This document shows positions 18,697 through 26,725 of a DNA stretch of 64,000 nucleotides, piece after piece; position 1 is the stretch's first letter, and the number at the start of each line of letters is the position of its first letter. Source of the stretch: an uncultured Candidatus Rokubacteria bacterium (lineage in GTDB: Bacteria; Methylomirabilota; Methylomirabilia; Rokubacteriales; DASRDR01); contig CAWDVE010000013.1 of the NCBI GenBank assembly GCA_963805625.1, positions 448,001-512,000 on the forward strand, written 5' to 3'. The translations under genes were made by a program, and so were the position numbers. Below the pieces are notes generated by a model. The model ran no database searches. It was not told where the DNA came from and worked only from the letters and a program-made list of their open reading frames with translations.

Positions 18697-19620
18697 GTGA
18701 AGGTCCTCGTGACGGGCGGCGCGGGCTTCATCGGCTCCCACGTGGTGGATCGCTGCATCGAGGCGGGGCACGAGGCCGCCGTCGTGGACGACCTCAGCTC
18801 GGGTCGACGCGAGAACGTCAACCTCGCGGCGCGCCTCCACGTCGCCGACGTTCGCAGTCCAGCGCTCCACGACGTCTTCCGGGCCGAAGCGCCCGAGGCC
18901 GTGATCCACCTCGCGGCCCAGGCCGCCGTCAGCCGCTCCGTCGCGGATCCGCGCCTGGACGCCGAGATCAACATCCTGGGTTCGATCAACGTCCTCGAAG
19001 GCTGTCGGCAGTTCGGCGTGCGGCGCGTCGTCTACGTGTCGACGGGCGGCGCCGGCTATGGCGACACGGACGTGATCCCGACGCCCGAGGACCACCCCAC
19101 CCGGCCCATCTCCCCGTACGGCGTGTCGAAGGTGACGGCCGAGGTCTACCTCGCCTGCTGGGGTGCGCTCTACGGACTCAGTGGGATCGTCCTGCGCCTC
19201 GCCAACATCTACGGGCCCCGTCAGAACCCGCACGGCGAGGCTGGCGTGGTGGCCATCTTCACGGACCGCCTCCTCCGGGGTGAGCCGTGCGTCATCAACG
19301 GCGACGGGCTCCAGACCCGGGACTACGTCTACGTGGGGGATGTCGCCGAAGCCGCACGGCTCGCGCTCGAACGGGTCGACGTGACGGGGCCCGTGAACAT
19401 CGGCACCGGCGTCGAGACGTCGGTCGTGACGCTCTTCGAGCGCCTCCGGGCAGCAGCGGGCGGCGGGGTCGATGCCCAGCACGCGCCCGCGCGACCCGGC
19501 GAGCAACGCCGAAGTCTTCTGGACGCCTCCCGTGCCCGACGGGTCCTCGGCTGGACCCCACGGGTGACGCTCGACGAGGGCCTCCGCCGGACCATCGCGT
19601 CGGTCCGGATCCGCACCTAA
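18697..19620 (+). CDS. NAD-dependent epimerase/dehydratase (UDP-glucose 4-epimerase-like)
   Basis: TGGAGFIG, HLAAQ, YGVSK (YxxxK) and NIYGPRQ. Confidence 0.93.
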   Translation: MKVLVTGGAGFIGSHVVDRCIEAGHEAAVVDDLSSGRRENVNLAARLHVADVRSPALHDVFRAEAPEAVIHLAAQAAVSRSVADPRLDAEINILGSINVLEGCRQFGVRRVVYVSTGGAGYGDTDVIPTPEDHPTRPISPYGVSKVTAEVYLACWGALYGLSGIVLRLANIYGPRQNPHGEAGVVAIFTDRLLRGEPCVINGDGLQTRDYVYVGDVAEAARLALERVDVTGPVNIGTGVETSVVTLFERLRAAAGGGVDAQHAPARPGEQRRSLLDASRARRVLGWTPRVTLDEGLRRTIASVRIRT

Positions 19621-19631
19621 CGCGGCCAAGA

Positions 19632-19687
19632 CCCTGACCGCTCGCGCTGAGCAGTGCGCGGCGCGCCTCTCGAGCGCGGGGCTAGCT
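19632..19687 (-). mobile_element. Degenerate integron attC-like site
   Basis: Minus strand reads AGCTAGC-CCC-GCGCT[C]GAG...CTCAGCGC-GAGC-GGTCAGG. The L boxes pair with one extrahelical C; the R boxes are mutated. Confidence 0.5.
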
Positions 19688-19737
19688 GGCTCCCGCTTCG
19701 CCGGTCTGCCGTTTCCCCTGACCGGCATCCGACGCCT

Positions 19738-19983
19738 TCACTGAATAAGCTTGTCCGCCCGCAGCAGCAGCGACTGCGGGACCGTGAGGCGGAGCGCCCT
19801 CGCAGTCTTGACGTTGTTGTTGAGTCCATGTCGCAGCGCTTCCAGGCACGGGTCCTCGTTGGGAAAGCCCCCTGCGACCACACCGATCCTCGGGATCGCC
19901 GGCTGCGTCTCGGCAGCGAGCGGCGCCGTGAGGAGAGCACAGCTCAAGACGAGGAACCATGCGGGCTGCAGTCTCATGTTCAT
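19738..19983 (-). pseudogene. Internally deleted ABC transporter substrate-binding protein (PF04392-like)
   Basis: N-terminus (APLAAETQPAIPRIGV...EALRHGL) joined directly to the family C-terminus NVKTARALRLTVPQSLLLRADKLIQ. Confidence 0.8.
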
Positions 19984-19987
19984 GTCC

Positions 19988-20070
19988 AGCTAACGTCGGG
20001 CATCAGGCGCGACCGGCCATTGAAGCCGCACCGTGAGCGTACGTGCCCCGACTTCTGGCCACTTGCTGAC
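19988..20070 (-). mobile_element. Truncated attC-like site upstream of the remnant gene
   Basis: Minus strand reads CGCGCCTGATG-CCCGAC-GTTAGCT, a near match to GTTRRRY, 4 nt before the ATG. A partial central hairpin GGCCA/TGGCC remains. Confidence 0.5.
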
Positions 20071-20110
20071 AGGCTCGACCCGCGCGGCGCCGCGACGCTT
20101 CACGGGTCGG

Positions 20111-21271
20111 CTACCGGGGATCCTCACGAAGGCCGAGCGCGTACTCGCCCACCAGGACCCGGTGGATGTCGTTCACCCCCTCCACGACCTGGAGGAACTT
20201 CGCGTCCCGCAGGAACCGGCCCACCACGTACTCCTCGGACACGCCGTACGCCCCGTGGATCTGGACCGCATCCGACGCGGCCCGGAACGCCATCTCCGAG
20301 GCGTACAGCTTGGCGATCGACGATTCCCGCCGCGCGCGGCGCACGCCCTGCCCCTTCAGCCAGGCCAGGCGATAGGTGAGGTACCGGGCCGACTCGATGC
20401 CGAGCACCATGTCGGCGATCTTCGCCTGCACGAGCTGGTAGCGGGCGATCGGCTGGCCGAGCACGACGCGCTGCCGCGCGTACGCCGCCGACGCGTCGAG
20501 ACAGCCCTGCGCCAGCCCGACCGCGCGACACGCCACGGAGAGACGCCCGTTCTCGACCGCGCAGAGGGCGACCTTGAGCCCTTCACCTTCCCGGCCGACC
20601 AGGTTCTCCGCCGGTACCCGGCAATCCTCGAACACGAGCTCGCCCACCTGGGCGGGCCGGAAGGCGAGCTTGTGGCGGATCGGCCGCTCGCTGAAGCCCG
20701 GGAACCCCCGCTCCACGACGAAGGCGCAGACGCCGCGCGCGCCCTTCGTGCGGTCGAGCGTCGCGAAGGTGAGGTACCACTCGGCCAGGCCGACGCCGGA
20801 GATCCAGATCTTCGAGCCGTTCAGCACGTACTCGTCGCCGCGGCGGACCACCGTGGTCTCCATGGCGGCGACGTCGGTCCCCGAGTGGGGCTCCGTCACG
20901 GCCGTTCCAGCGAAGGTCTCGCCACGGGCGAGCGGGACGAGATAGCGCTGCTTCTGCGCCTCGGTCCCGAACTGGAGGATGCCCGAGCCCACCAGCCCCG
21001 CGGCGCGTCCCATCGCGGATCCCATATGGATGCAGACGCGCGACATCTCCTCGATCCCGAGCGCCATGGTGAGATGGTCGATGCCGGGCCCGCCATACGC
21101 CTCGGGGATCGTGCCTCCCAGGAACCCAAGAGGGGCCATCTTCCGGACGATCTCCACGGGGTAGCGCTCCTCCCGGTCGTAGTCGCGCACGTGCGGCGCC
21201 ACCTCCTGCTGCGCGAACTCCCGGACGAGCGCCTGGTAGCGCTGCTGCTCCTCGGTCAGGCTGAAGTCCAC
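20111..21271 (-). CDS. Acyl-CoA dehydrogenase
   Basis: MDFSLTEEQ, TEPHSGTD, LNGSKIWIS, AVQIHGAYG and RDAK...EG. Confidence 0.95.
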   Translation of the reverse strand: MDFSLTEEQQRYQALVREFAQQEVAPHVRDYDREERYPVEIVRKMAPLGFLGGTIPEAYGGPGIDHLTMALGIEEMSRVCIHMGSAMGRAAGLVGSGILQFGTEAQKQRYLVPLARGETFAGTAVTEPHSGTDVAAMETTVVRRGDEYVLNGSKIWISGVGLAEWYLTFATLDRTKGARGVCAFVVERGFPGFSERPIRHKLAFRPAQVGELVFEDCRVPAENLVGREGEGLKVALCAVENGRLSVACRAVGLAQGCLDASAAYARQRVVLGQPIARYQLVQAKIADMVLGIESARYLTYRLAWLKGQGVRRARRESSIAKLYASEMAFRAASDAVQIHGAYGVSEEYVVGRFLRDAKFLQVVEGVNDIHRVLVGEYALGLREDPR

Positions 21272-21280
21272 GCGTTCCTC

Positions 21281-21350
21281 CGAATCAATGCGGGCGAATC
21301 AATGCGGGCGAATCAATGCGGGCGGGTCAATGCGGGCGGGTCAATGCGGG
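21281..21350. repeat. Tandem repeat, 5 x 14 bp
   Basis: CGAATCAATGCGGG x3, then CGGGTCAATGCGGG x2. Confidence 0.95.
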
Positions 21351-22714
21351 TGATGGGAGAGCGCGAGCGTCCGGAGACCATCGGTCAGCTCGCGGGCGCT
21401 CTTGAGCTCGCCGACGCGCCGGCAGAGCTCCCAGGCCGATCCGGCGCCCCCGGCTCCGAGGTCGGATCCGGCGAGCGCGACGAACTTCTCCCGGAGCGCG
21501 CTCTCCGAGTACGGGCGATCGAACTCCCCGAGCGGCTGGTCGACCTGCCGGGCGAGCATCCGCCCGTCCGCGAGGCGCATCTCGACGCGAGCGGGCCGTG
21601 CGTGCGGGGTGAGCGCGGTCAGCGCGGGATCCTCCACGACCTCCACCCGCCGGGCGAGAGCGCGCACGCGGGGGTCAGACAGAGCGGGCTCTCGGAAGGC
21701 CTCCACCCCGCAGTCGCCCCACTTTCCGAGGACGAGCCGGACGGCGAGGGTGTACGGGATCGAGAACTTTGCGCCGAGCGCCCCGACCGGGTCCTGGTCG
21801 CTCATCGTGGCGCCGAGGGCCGAGGTCGCGACGCGGATCGACGCGATCCGCTCGGGCGCGATGGCGGTCATCTCCAGGAGCTCCTCGATCGCGTCGACGG
21901 CGGGGTGATTGTACCGGCAGCAGGCGTGGCGCTTGAAATAGTTGCGCGAGATCTCGAAGCGCTCGCCGAGCCCGTCTAGGACCGCGGGCGCGGCGAGTCC
22001 GGAACCGCTGATCCGGCCGAAGATCTCGGTGAGCATGTCGGGCAGCGGCGTGATCCCGGCGACCGCGAGGTCGGCGGCGAGCCAGCCGTTGGCGCCCGCC
22101 ACCCCCGCGTAGGCGTTCCGCACGGTCGCTCCGCCGAGCGCCGTACGCCAGGACGTCCCCAGCGTGAGGCCCGCGGCCACTCCGAGCGCCCGGGCGGTGA
22201 CGTCCTCGTCCAGCTCCCGCAGTCGGGCGACGGCGGCCGCTGCACCCAGGGTTCCGTGGACGCCGTGCATGTGCATCCCCGGGCGGACCGGCGCCCCGCC
22301 GCCCAGCCGTGCCGCCACGTCGTAGCCCACCACCAGCGCGGCGAGAAGGGCCCCGCCGGACCGGCCGAGCCGCTCGGCCTCCGCCAGAGCGGCCGGCAGC
22401 ACGTGGATCCCGGGATGACCCCGCGCGAACCGGTTCCCCTCGTCCAGCTCGAGCATCGTGCCGGCGAGGCCGTTGGCCACGATCGCCCACCATGGCTCGA
22501 CGAGGGCGAAGCCCTCCCCGAGAACGGTGGCCACCCCCATGGCCCGGTCTGCGCCAGCGTGGAGCCGTCGAACCTCCGGCTCGTGGCTCCCTCCAAGGAT
22601 GGCGCCGATCGTGTCCGCAATGACCAAGGCCGCGCGGTCGCGCACCGCGCCGGGGATGACGCCCTCGGAGGTCCCCGCCACGAAGCGGGCGAGCCCGGCC
22701 AGAACCGGCTCCAT
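21341..22714 (-). CDS. MmgE/PrpD family protein
   Basis: DTIGAILGG, NGLAGTMLELDEG..GHPG, FKRHACCRYNH, AKFSIPY and REKF. Confidence 0.92.
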   Translation of the reverse strand: MEPVLAGLARFVAGTSEGVIPGAVRDRAALVIADTIGAILGGSHEPEVRRLHAGADRAMGVATVLGEGFALVEPWWAIVANGLAGTMLELDEGNRFARGHPGIHVLPAALAEAERLGRSGGALLAALVVGYDVAARLGGGAPVRPGMHMHGVHGTLGAAAAVARLRELDEDVTARALGVAAGLTLGTSWRTALGGATVRNAYAGVAGANGWLAADLAVAGITPLPDMLTEIFGRISGSGLAAPAVLDGLGERFEISRNYFKRHACCRYNHPAVDAIEELLEMTAIAPERIASIRVATSALGATMSDQDPVGALGAKFSIPYTLAVRLVLGKWGDCGVEAFREPALSDPRVRALARRVEVVEDPALTALTPHARPARVEMRLADGRMLARQVDQPLGEFDRPYSESALREKFVALAGSDLGAGGAGSAWELCRRVGELKSARELTDGLRTLALSHHPH

Positions 22715-22737
22715 GCAGGTCTCGGCGACGCGCGGTC

Positions 22738-23196
22738 TCAGCGCCGCGGGGCCTGGAATGGAAGGGGCTCGCGCCCGGCGAACGGGTTCCGGCCTGGGGG
22801 CCACGTCTCACGGGGCTTCTCGTACGTGACCTCGAGCATGTGGCCGTCGGGATCCTCGAAGTACACCGACAGGTTCGCACCATGGTCCATGGTCGCGCGC
22901 ACGGCTACCCCTCGGGCGGCGAGCGAGCCGTGGAAGGCCTGGAGGTCCTCCTCGCGCTCCACCTGCCAGGCGACGTGGAACAGTCCCACCTGCGCCGGCG
23001 CCTGGGGGGCTGCGTCCGGCCCCACCTTCCAGAGGCCGAGATCGTGCGAGTCAGTGTTCCCCGGTACCGAGAAGAAGACCATTCGACCCGGCAGCCGGCC
23101 GGTCACGACGAGTCCGAGGACGCCCGTGTAGAACGCCTCGGAGCGATCCAGATCGCGCACCTTGAGGACCACGTGGCCGAGCTTCTTCAGCGCCAT
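22738..23196 (-). CDS. VOC family protein (glyoxalase/catechol dioxygenase-like)
   Basis: KLGHVVLKVRDLDRSEAFY, GLFHVAW, DHG and SVYFEDPDGHMLE. Confidence 0.9.
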   Translation of the reverse strand: MALKKLGHVVLKVRDLDRSEAFYTGVLGLVVTGRLPGRMVFFSVPGNTDSHDLGLWKVGPDAAPQAPAQVGLFHVAWQVEREEDLQAFHGSLAARGVAVRATMDHGANLSVYFEDPDGHMLEVTYEKPRETWPPGRNPFAGREPLPFQAPRR

Positions 23197-23451
23197 GGCG
23201 GCCTCCCCTCGAGCGGTCATGATAGCGGAGCCGGGGGACCGCTCCAACCCGCCAGGCCTCCCGGCGGCCGTCCAGGCCCCCGCAGGGCCCCGGACCCCGC
23301 AACGATCGGCCAGCGGAAGCCGTCTCATCAGTAGAGCGGGTAGGTCCCGGCGGTTCCCGCCGGAGGGGCTTGCCGCGTGGGAGCCCATGTTAGGATCAGG
23401 ACGGACGGTCCGAGACATCGCCGTCTCCGGACCGGAGGAGAGCGACCGGGC

Positions 23452-23721
23452 GTGGAACTCATCCCCCACGTGACGCGCTGCGACGAGTGCGTGGAGCTCC
23501 TCGTGGACTACATAGCGGGAGAGCTCCCACCGGAGCGCTCGAGGGCGCTCGAGATCCACCTTGACCTGTGTCCCTCGTGCGTTTGCTTCGTGAATACCTA
23601 CCGGGACACCGTCAACATCGCCCGCACGCTCCAGGCCGAGGACATCCCTCCCGAGCTGACCCAGCGCCTCATCGACTTCCTCCGCAAGGAGAAGGAAGCC
23701 CCGCACCGACGCCCGGATTGA
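23452..23721 (+). CDS. zf-HC2 zinc-finger (ZAS anti-sigma-like) small protein
   Basis: GGAGG RBS then GTG; C...LVDYIAGEL...HLDLCPSC (HxxxCxxC). Confidence 0.85.
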   Translation: MELIPHVTRCDECVELLVDYIAGELPPERSRALEIHLDLCPSCVCFVNTYRDTVNIARTLQAEDIPPELTQRLIDFLRKEKEAPHRRPD

Positions 23722-23747
23722 CGCCTCCGCGCCTGGCCTCGCATACT
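23718..23747 (+). promoter_or_regulatory. Sigma70-type promoter for the LLM gene
   Basis: TTGACG-N18-CATACT. Confidence 0.45.
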
Positions 23748-23801
23748 CGGAAGCCAGAGACGCGCTGACGCGTCGGTCACCCTCGCTCTGGAGGTCGGCC
23801 A

Positions 23802-24677
23802 ATGCCCCGCGGGATGCGCTTCGGGCTGTGCACTGACCAGAACCTGCCGTTCGCCACGCTCGTCGAGCGCTGGCAGCACTTCGAGCGCCTCGGCTTCGAC
23901 AGCGTGTGGGATTGCGACCACTTCAACCAGCCCAGCCGGCCGACCGGGCCGTACTACGAGGGCTGGACCCTCCTCGCCGCGCTCGCGGCCCGCACGTCGC
24001 GCATTCGCATCGGGGTCCTCGTCAGCTGCAACACGTTCCGCCATCCGGGGCTCCTCGCGCACGAGGCGATGACGGTCGACCACGTCTCCAATGGCCGGCT
24101 CGAGCTCGGTCTCGGTGCCGGGTGGTTCGTTCCCGAGCACGAGCAGTTCGGCATCCCGCTCCCGCCGCCCGGGGAGCTGGTCGGCCGCTTCCACGAGGCC
24201 GTCCAGATCGTCGACGGGCTCTTGCGCCACGGCCAGCTCACGTTCGCCGGAAAGTACTACCGGCTGACGGGCGCCCACGTCCGCCCGAGCCCCATCCAGC
24301 GGCCGCGCCCTCCGCTGACGCTCGGCGCCCACAAGTCGCGCATGCTCCGGATCTGTGCGGAGTACGCCGACGCCTGGAACTCGTTCGGCACCCTGGGTGA
24401 GATGCGCGAGCGCAACGCGATCCTCGACGAACACTGCGCGGCGATCGGCCGGGATCCGGGAACGATCTGGCGATCGTTCTACGGCTGGGCGTCCAAGATG
24501 AAGGAGCAAGGGCTCGCCGACCCCTGGTCGAGCGTCGGCGCCTTCGAGGAAATGGTGGGCCGCTACGGCGAGGCCGGGGTCAATGAGTTCCTGGTCGACG
24601 CCCCGGGCCTGGAGCACTTCTCGGTCCTCGAGCGGGTCGCCACCGACGTCATCCCCCGGCGCCGCGCAGGCCAGTGA
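23802..24677 (+). CDS. LLM-class flavin-dependent oxidoreductase
   Basis: GFDSVWDCDHF, EGWTLLAALAARTSRIRIG, DHVSNGRLELGLGAGW and YADAWN. Confidence 0.92.
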   Translation: MPRGMRFGLCTDQNLPFATLVERWQHFERLGFDSVWDCDHFNQPSRPTGPYYEGWTLLAALAARTSRIRIGVLVSCNTFRHPGLLAHEAMTVDHVSNGRLELGLGAGWFVPEHEQFGIPLPPPGELVGRFHEAVQIVDGLLRHGQLTFAGKYYRLTGAHVRPSPIQRPRPPLTLGAHKSRMLRICAEYADAWNSFGTLGEMRERNAILDEHCAAIGRDPGTIWRSFYGWASKMKEQGLADPWSSVGAFEEMVGRYGEAGVNEFLVDAPGLEHFSVLERVATDVIPRRRAGQ

Positions 24678-24822
24678 CCCGGGCCCTGGCCGGGGCCGCG
24701 CGTCACGCGTGAGACATCGGATCGCGCGCGCCGGGGCGATCGCCTTCGCGCTGGCGCTGATCGCGGGTCCCGCGGCCGAGGCCGAGGAACCATCCGAGGC
24801 GCTTTGGCTCACGCGGCTCGAA

Positions 24823-25290
24823 CTACGGCAACACGGCCCGAATCGCCTCCCACAGGTCAACCAGATCAAACGGCTTCACGAGGGTGGCGTTGGCCCCGAC
24901 CTCCGCGGCGACCGTCGCGGTGGCACGATTTGCGTAGAGCGCGTCGGCGCTCGTGACGATGATGGGAACGGTAGGGTACAAGCGGCGCACCGCCCGAATG
25001 AATCCGAAGCCGTCGAGCCGAGGCATGGCGACGTCCGTCACGACGAGATCAGGGACCCACTCCTGAGCGAGCGCCAGCGCCTCCTGGCCATTCGCTGCCG
25101 ACAGCACGCGAAAGTTTCCTTCCTGTAAGGCGTCACGTAGGGTCTCCAGGAGTACGGGATCGTCGTCGGCGACCAGCACCACCGGCAAGAGGGTGGTAGC
25201 CTGGTGCCTCGCCAGCGGCGTCCGGGCATCGGTTACCGCCATCACTCGCCCGGCCGACACGTTGAAGGCGGGTTGGCGCCGCATCGCCAT
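24823..25290 (-). CDS. Single-domain response regulator
   Basis: VLVADDD, DLVVTDVAMPRLDG and KPFD; the start is uncertain. Confidence 0.85.
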   Translation of the reverse strand: MAMRRQPAFNVSAGRVMAVTDARTPLARHQATTLLPVVLVADDDPVLLETLRDALQEGNFRVLSAANGQEALALAQEWVPDLVVTDVAMPRLDGFGFIRAVRRLYPTVPIIVTSADALYANRATATVAAEVGANATLVKPFDLVDLWEAIRAVLP

Positions 25291-25808
25291 CGGACCTCCG
25301 ATCCGCGACCACCGGGGTCGCCTCGAGCTCGCTAGCGCTGGCGAGGGTGCAAGAAGGATGCCCTCGCGCTGGATGAGCCAGAGGCACAAAGCGCGACCCA
25401 TCGCTTGTGTCGGTCAAGATGTCTCCACGACGACACTTTCACGGCCGGATCCTGTGGCGCAGGGGAATATCGATGTCGGCGGCAGCGACCACGACGCTAC
25501 GCCATCAACTGAGCAACGCTTTGCCTAGTCTCCATGTCGAACGACACCGTGTTGTGCACGATCTTGCGCAAGCCGGATGTCGAACGCCAGCCGAGTGACG
25601 GTGCGCCTGCCATCGGCGTCCGTGCCCCCGAACTGGTCGAGGCAGCTGACGAATGAGACTTTCACGATCGCGTCGACTACCACGCGAACTGCGGCCTCGT
25701 CAGCGCCCCCCGTGTTGCCGCCGCTCTTGCTGGAATGGTAAGACTGGACACGAGCGATACCGGACGGGCCGAATCCACCGTCGTGATGGACCCCACGACA
25801 CCGCAAAT

Positions 25809-26705
25809 CTAGCTCCCGCTCTCGCTCCCCAGGAACTCCAGGAACGTGCGACAGAGCGGGGAGCGCGACCGACTCGCGTGGGTGACCACGTAGAAGTGAC
25901 GCGTGACCGTCAAGTCCTTGAGCTTCACGCAGCCGAGGAGCCCGTGGCGGCACTCGTCCTCGGCGGCCCGGCTCGACATGACGGACAGCCCGACGCCGGC
26001 CTTGACGGCCTGCTTGATGGCGCTGGTCGAGCCCATCTCGGCGATGACCTGCATCTCTCCCAGGCTTCGCCCGGCCGCCTCCAGCGCACGCTCGAGCGCC
26101 TGCCGGGAGCCCGATCCCGGCTCGCGCACGATGAGAGGCTCGGCCCGGAGCTCGTCGAGGGTGGCCTCATGGCCGCCGATCCACCGGTGCCCCGGCGGGA
26201 CGGTCAGGACCAGCTCGTCCGGCATGAGGGCCCGCGCCTCGAGCCCGCGGTTGCCCGGGTCGGCCCCCACGATGCCCGCCTCGACCTGGCCGTCCAGCAC
26301 GGCCTGGACGATCCCGCGCGTGTCCGAGATCTGCAGCGTGATGGCCACGCGCGGGTGTCGCTCGCGGAACCGGCCGATGACGGCCGGGAGGACATACTCG
26401 CCTGGGATGGTGCTCGCGCCCACGCGGAGCGTGCCGGTGACCTGACCGAGGAACTGGTCGAGCGCCTGCCGCGCCTCGGTCCGGAGCCCGAGCATCTGCC
26501 GTGCGTAGCCGTAGAGAAGCTCCCCGGCTCGCGTCGGCACGGTCTCCCGGCTCAGGCGGTCGAACAGTCGGGTACCCAGCTCCTCCTCGAGGAGCCGCAC
26601 GTGCTCGCTCACGGTGGACTGGGTGAGTCGGAGGGCGGAGGCGGTCCGCGAGAAGCTCCGGAGCTCGTACACCCCGGCGAAGACCTCGAGCTGGCGAAGA
26701 TCCAT
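25809..26705 (-). CDS. LysR family regulator (CysL-like; resembles the selenium-metabolism-associated subtype)
   Basis: MDLRQLEVF..SFS..LTQSTVS HTH; GASTIPGEYVLP; REPGSGSR; STSAIKQAV. Confidence 0.9.
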   Translation of the reverse strand: MDLRQLEVFAGVYELRSFSRTASALRLTQSTVSEHVRLLEEELGTRLFDRLSRETVPTRAGELLYGYARQMLGLRTEARQALDQFLGQVTGTLRVGASTIPGEYVLPAVIGRFRERHPRVAITLQISDTRGIVQAVLDGQVEAGIVGADPGNRGLEARALMPDELVLTVPPGHRWIGGHEATLDELRAEPLIVREPGSGSRQALERALEAAGRSLGEMQVIAEMGSTSAIKQAVKAGVGLSVMSSRAAEDECRHGLLGCVKLKDLTVTRHFYVVTHASRSRSPLCRTFLEFLGSESGS

Positions 26706-26725
26706 GGGGCCGCGACGTGCTCGCG

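Noticed and set aside
19654-20379. ORF containing LNKLVRPQQQRLRDREAER
   Set aside because: It is the antisense reading of the binding-protein C-terminus.
24708-24825. Signal-peptide-like fragment VRHRIARAGAIAFALALIAGPAAEA
   Set aside because: It may be a truncated gene start, but it runs antisense into the response regulator and cannot be assigned.
25525-25800. Possible small minus-strand gene downstream of lysR
   Set aside because: No clear start, RBS or family motif.
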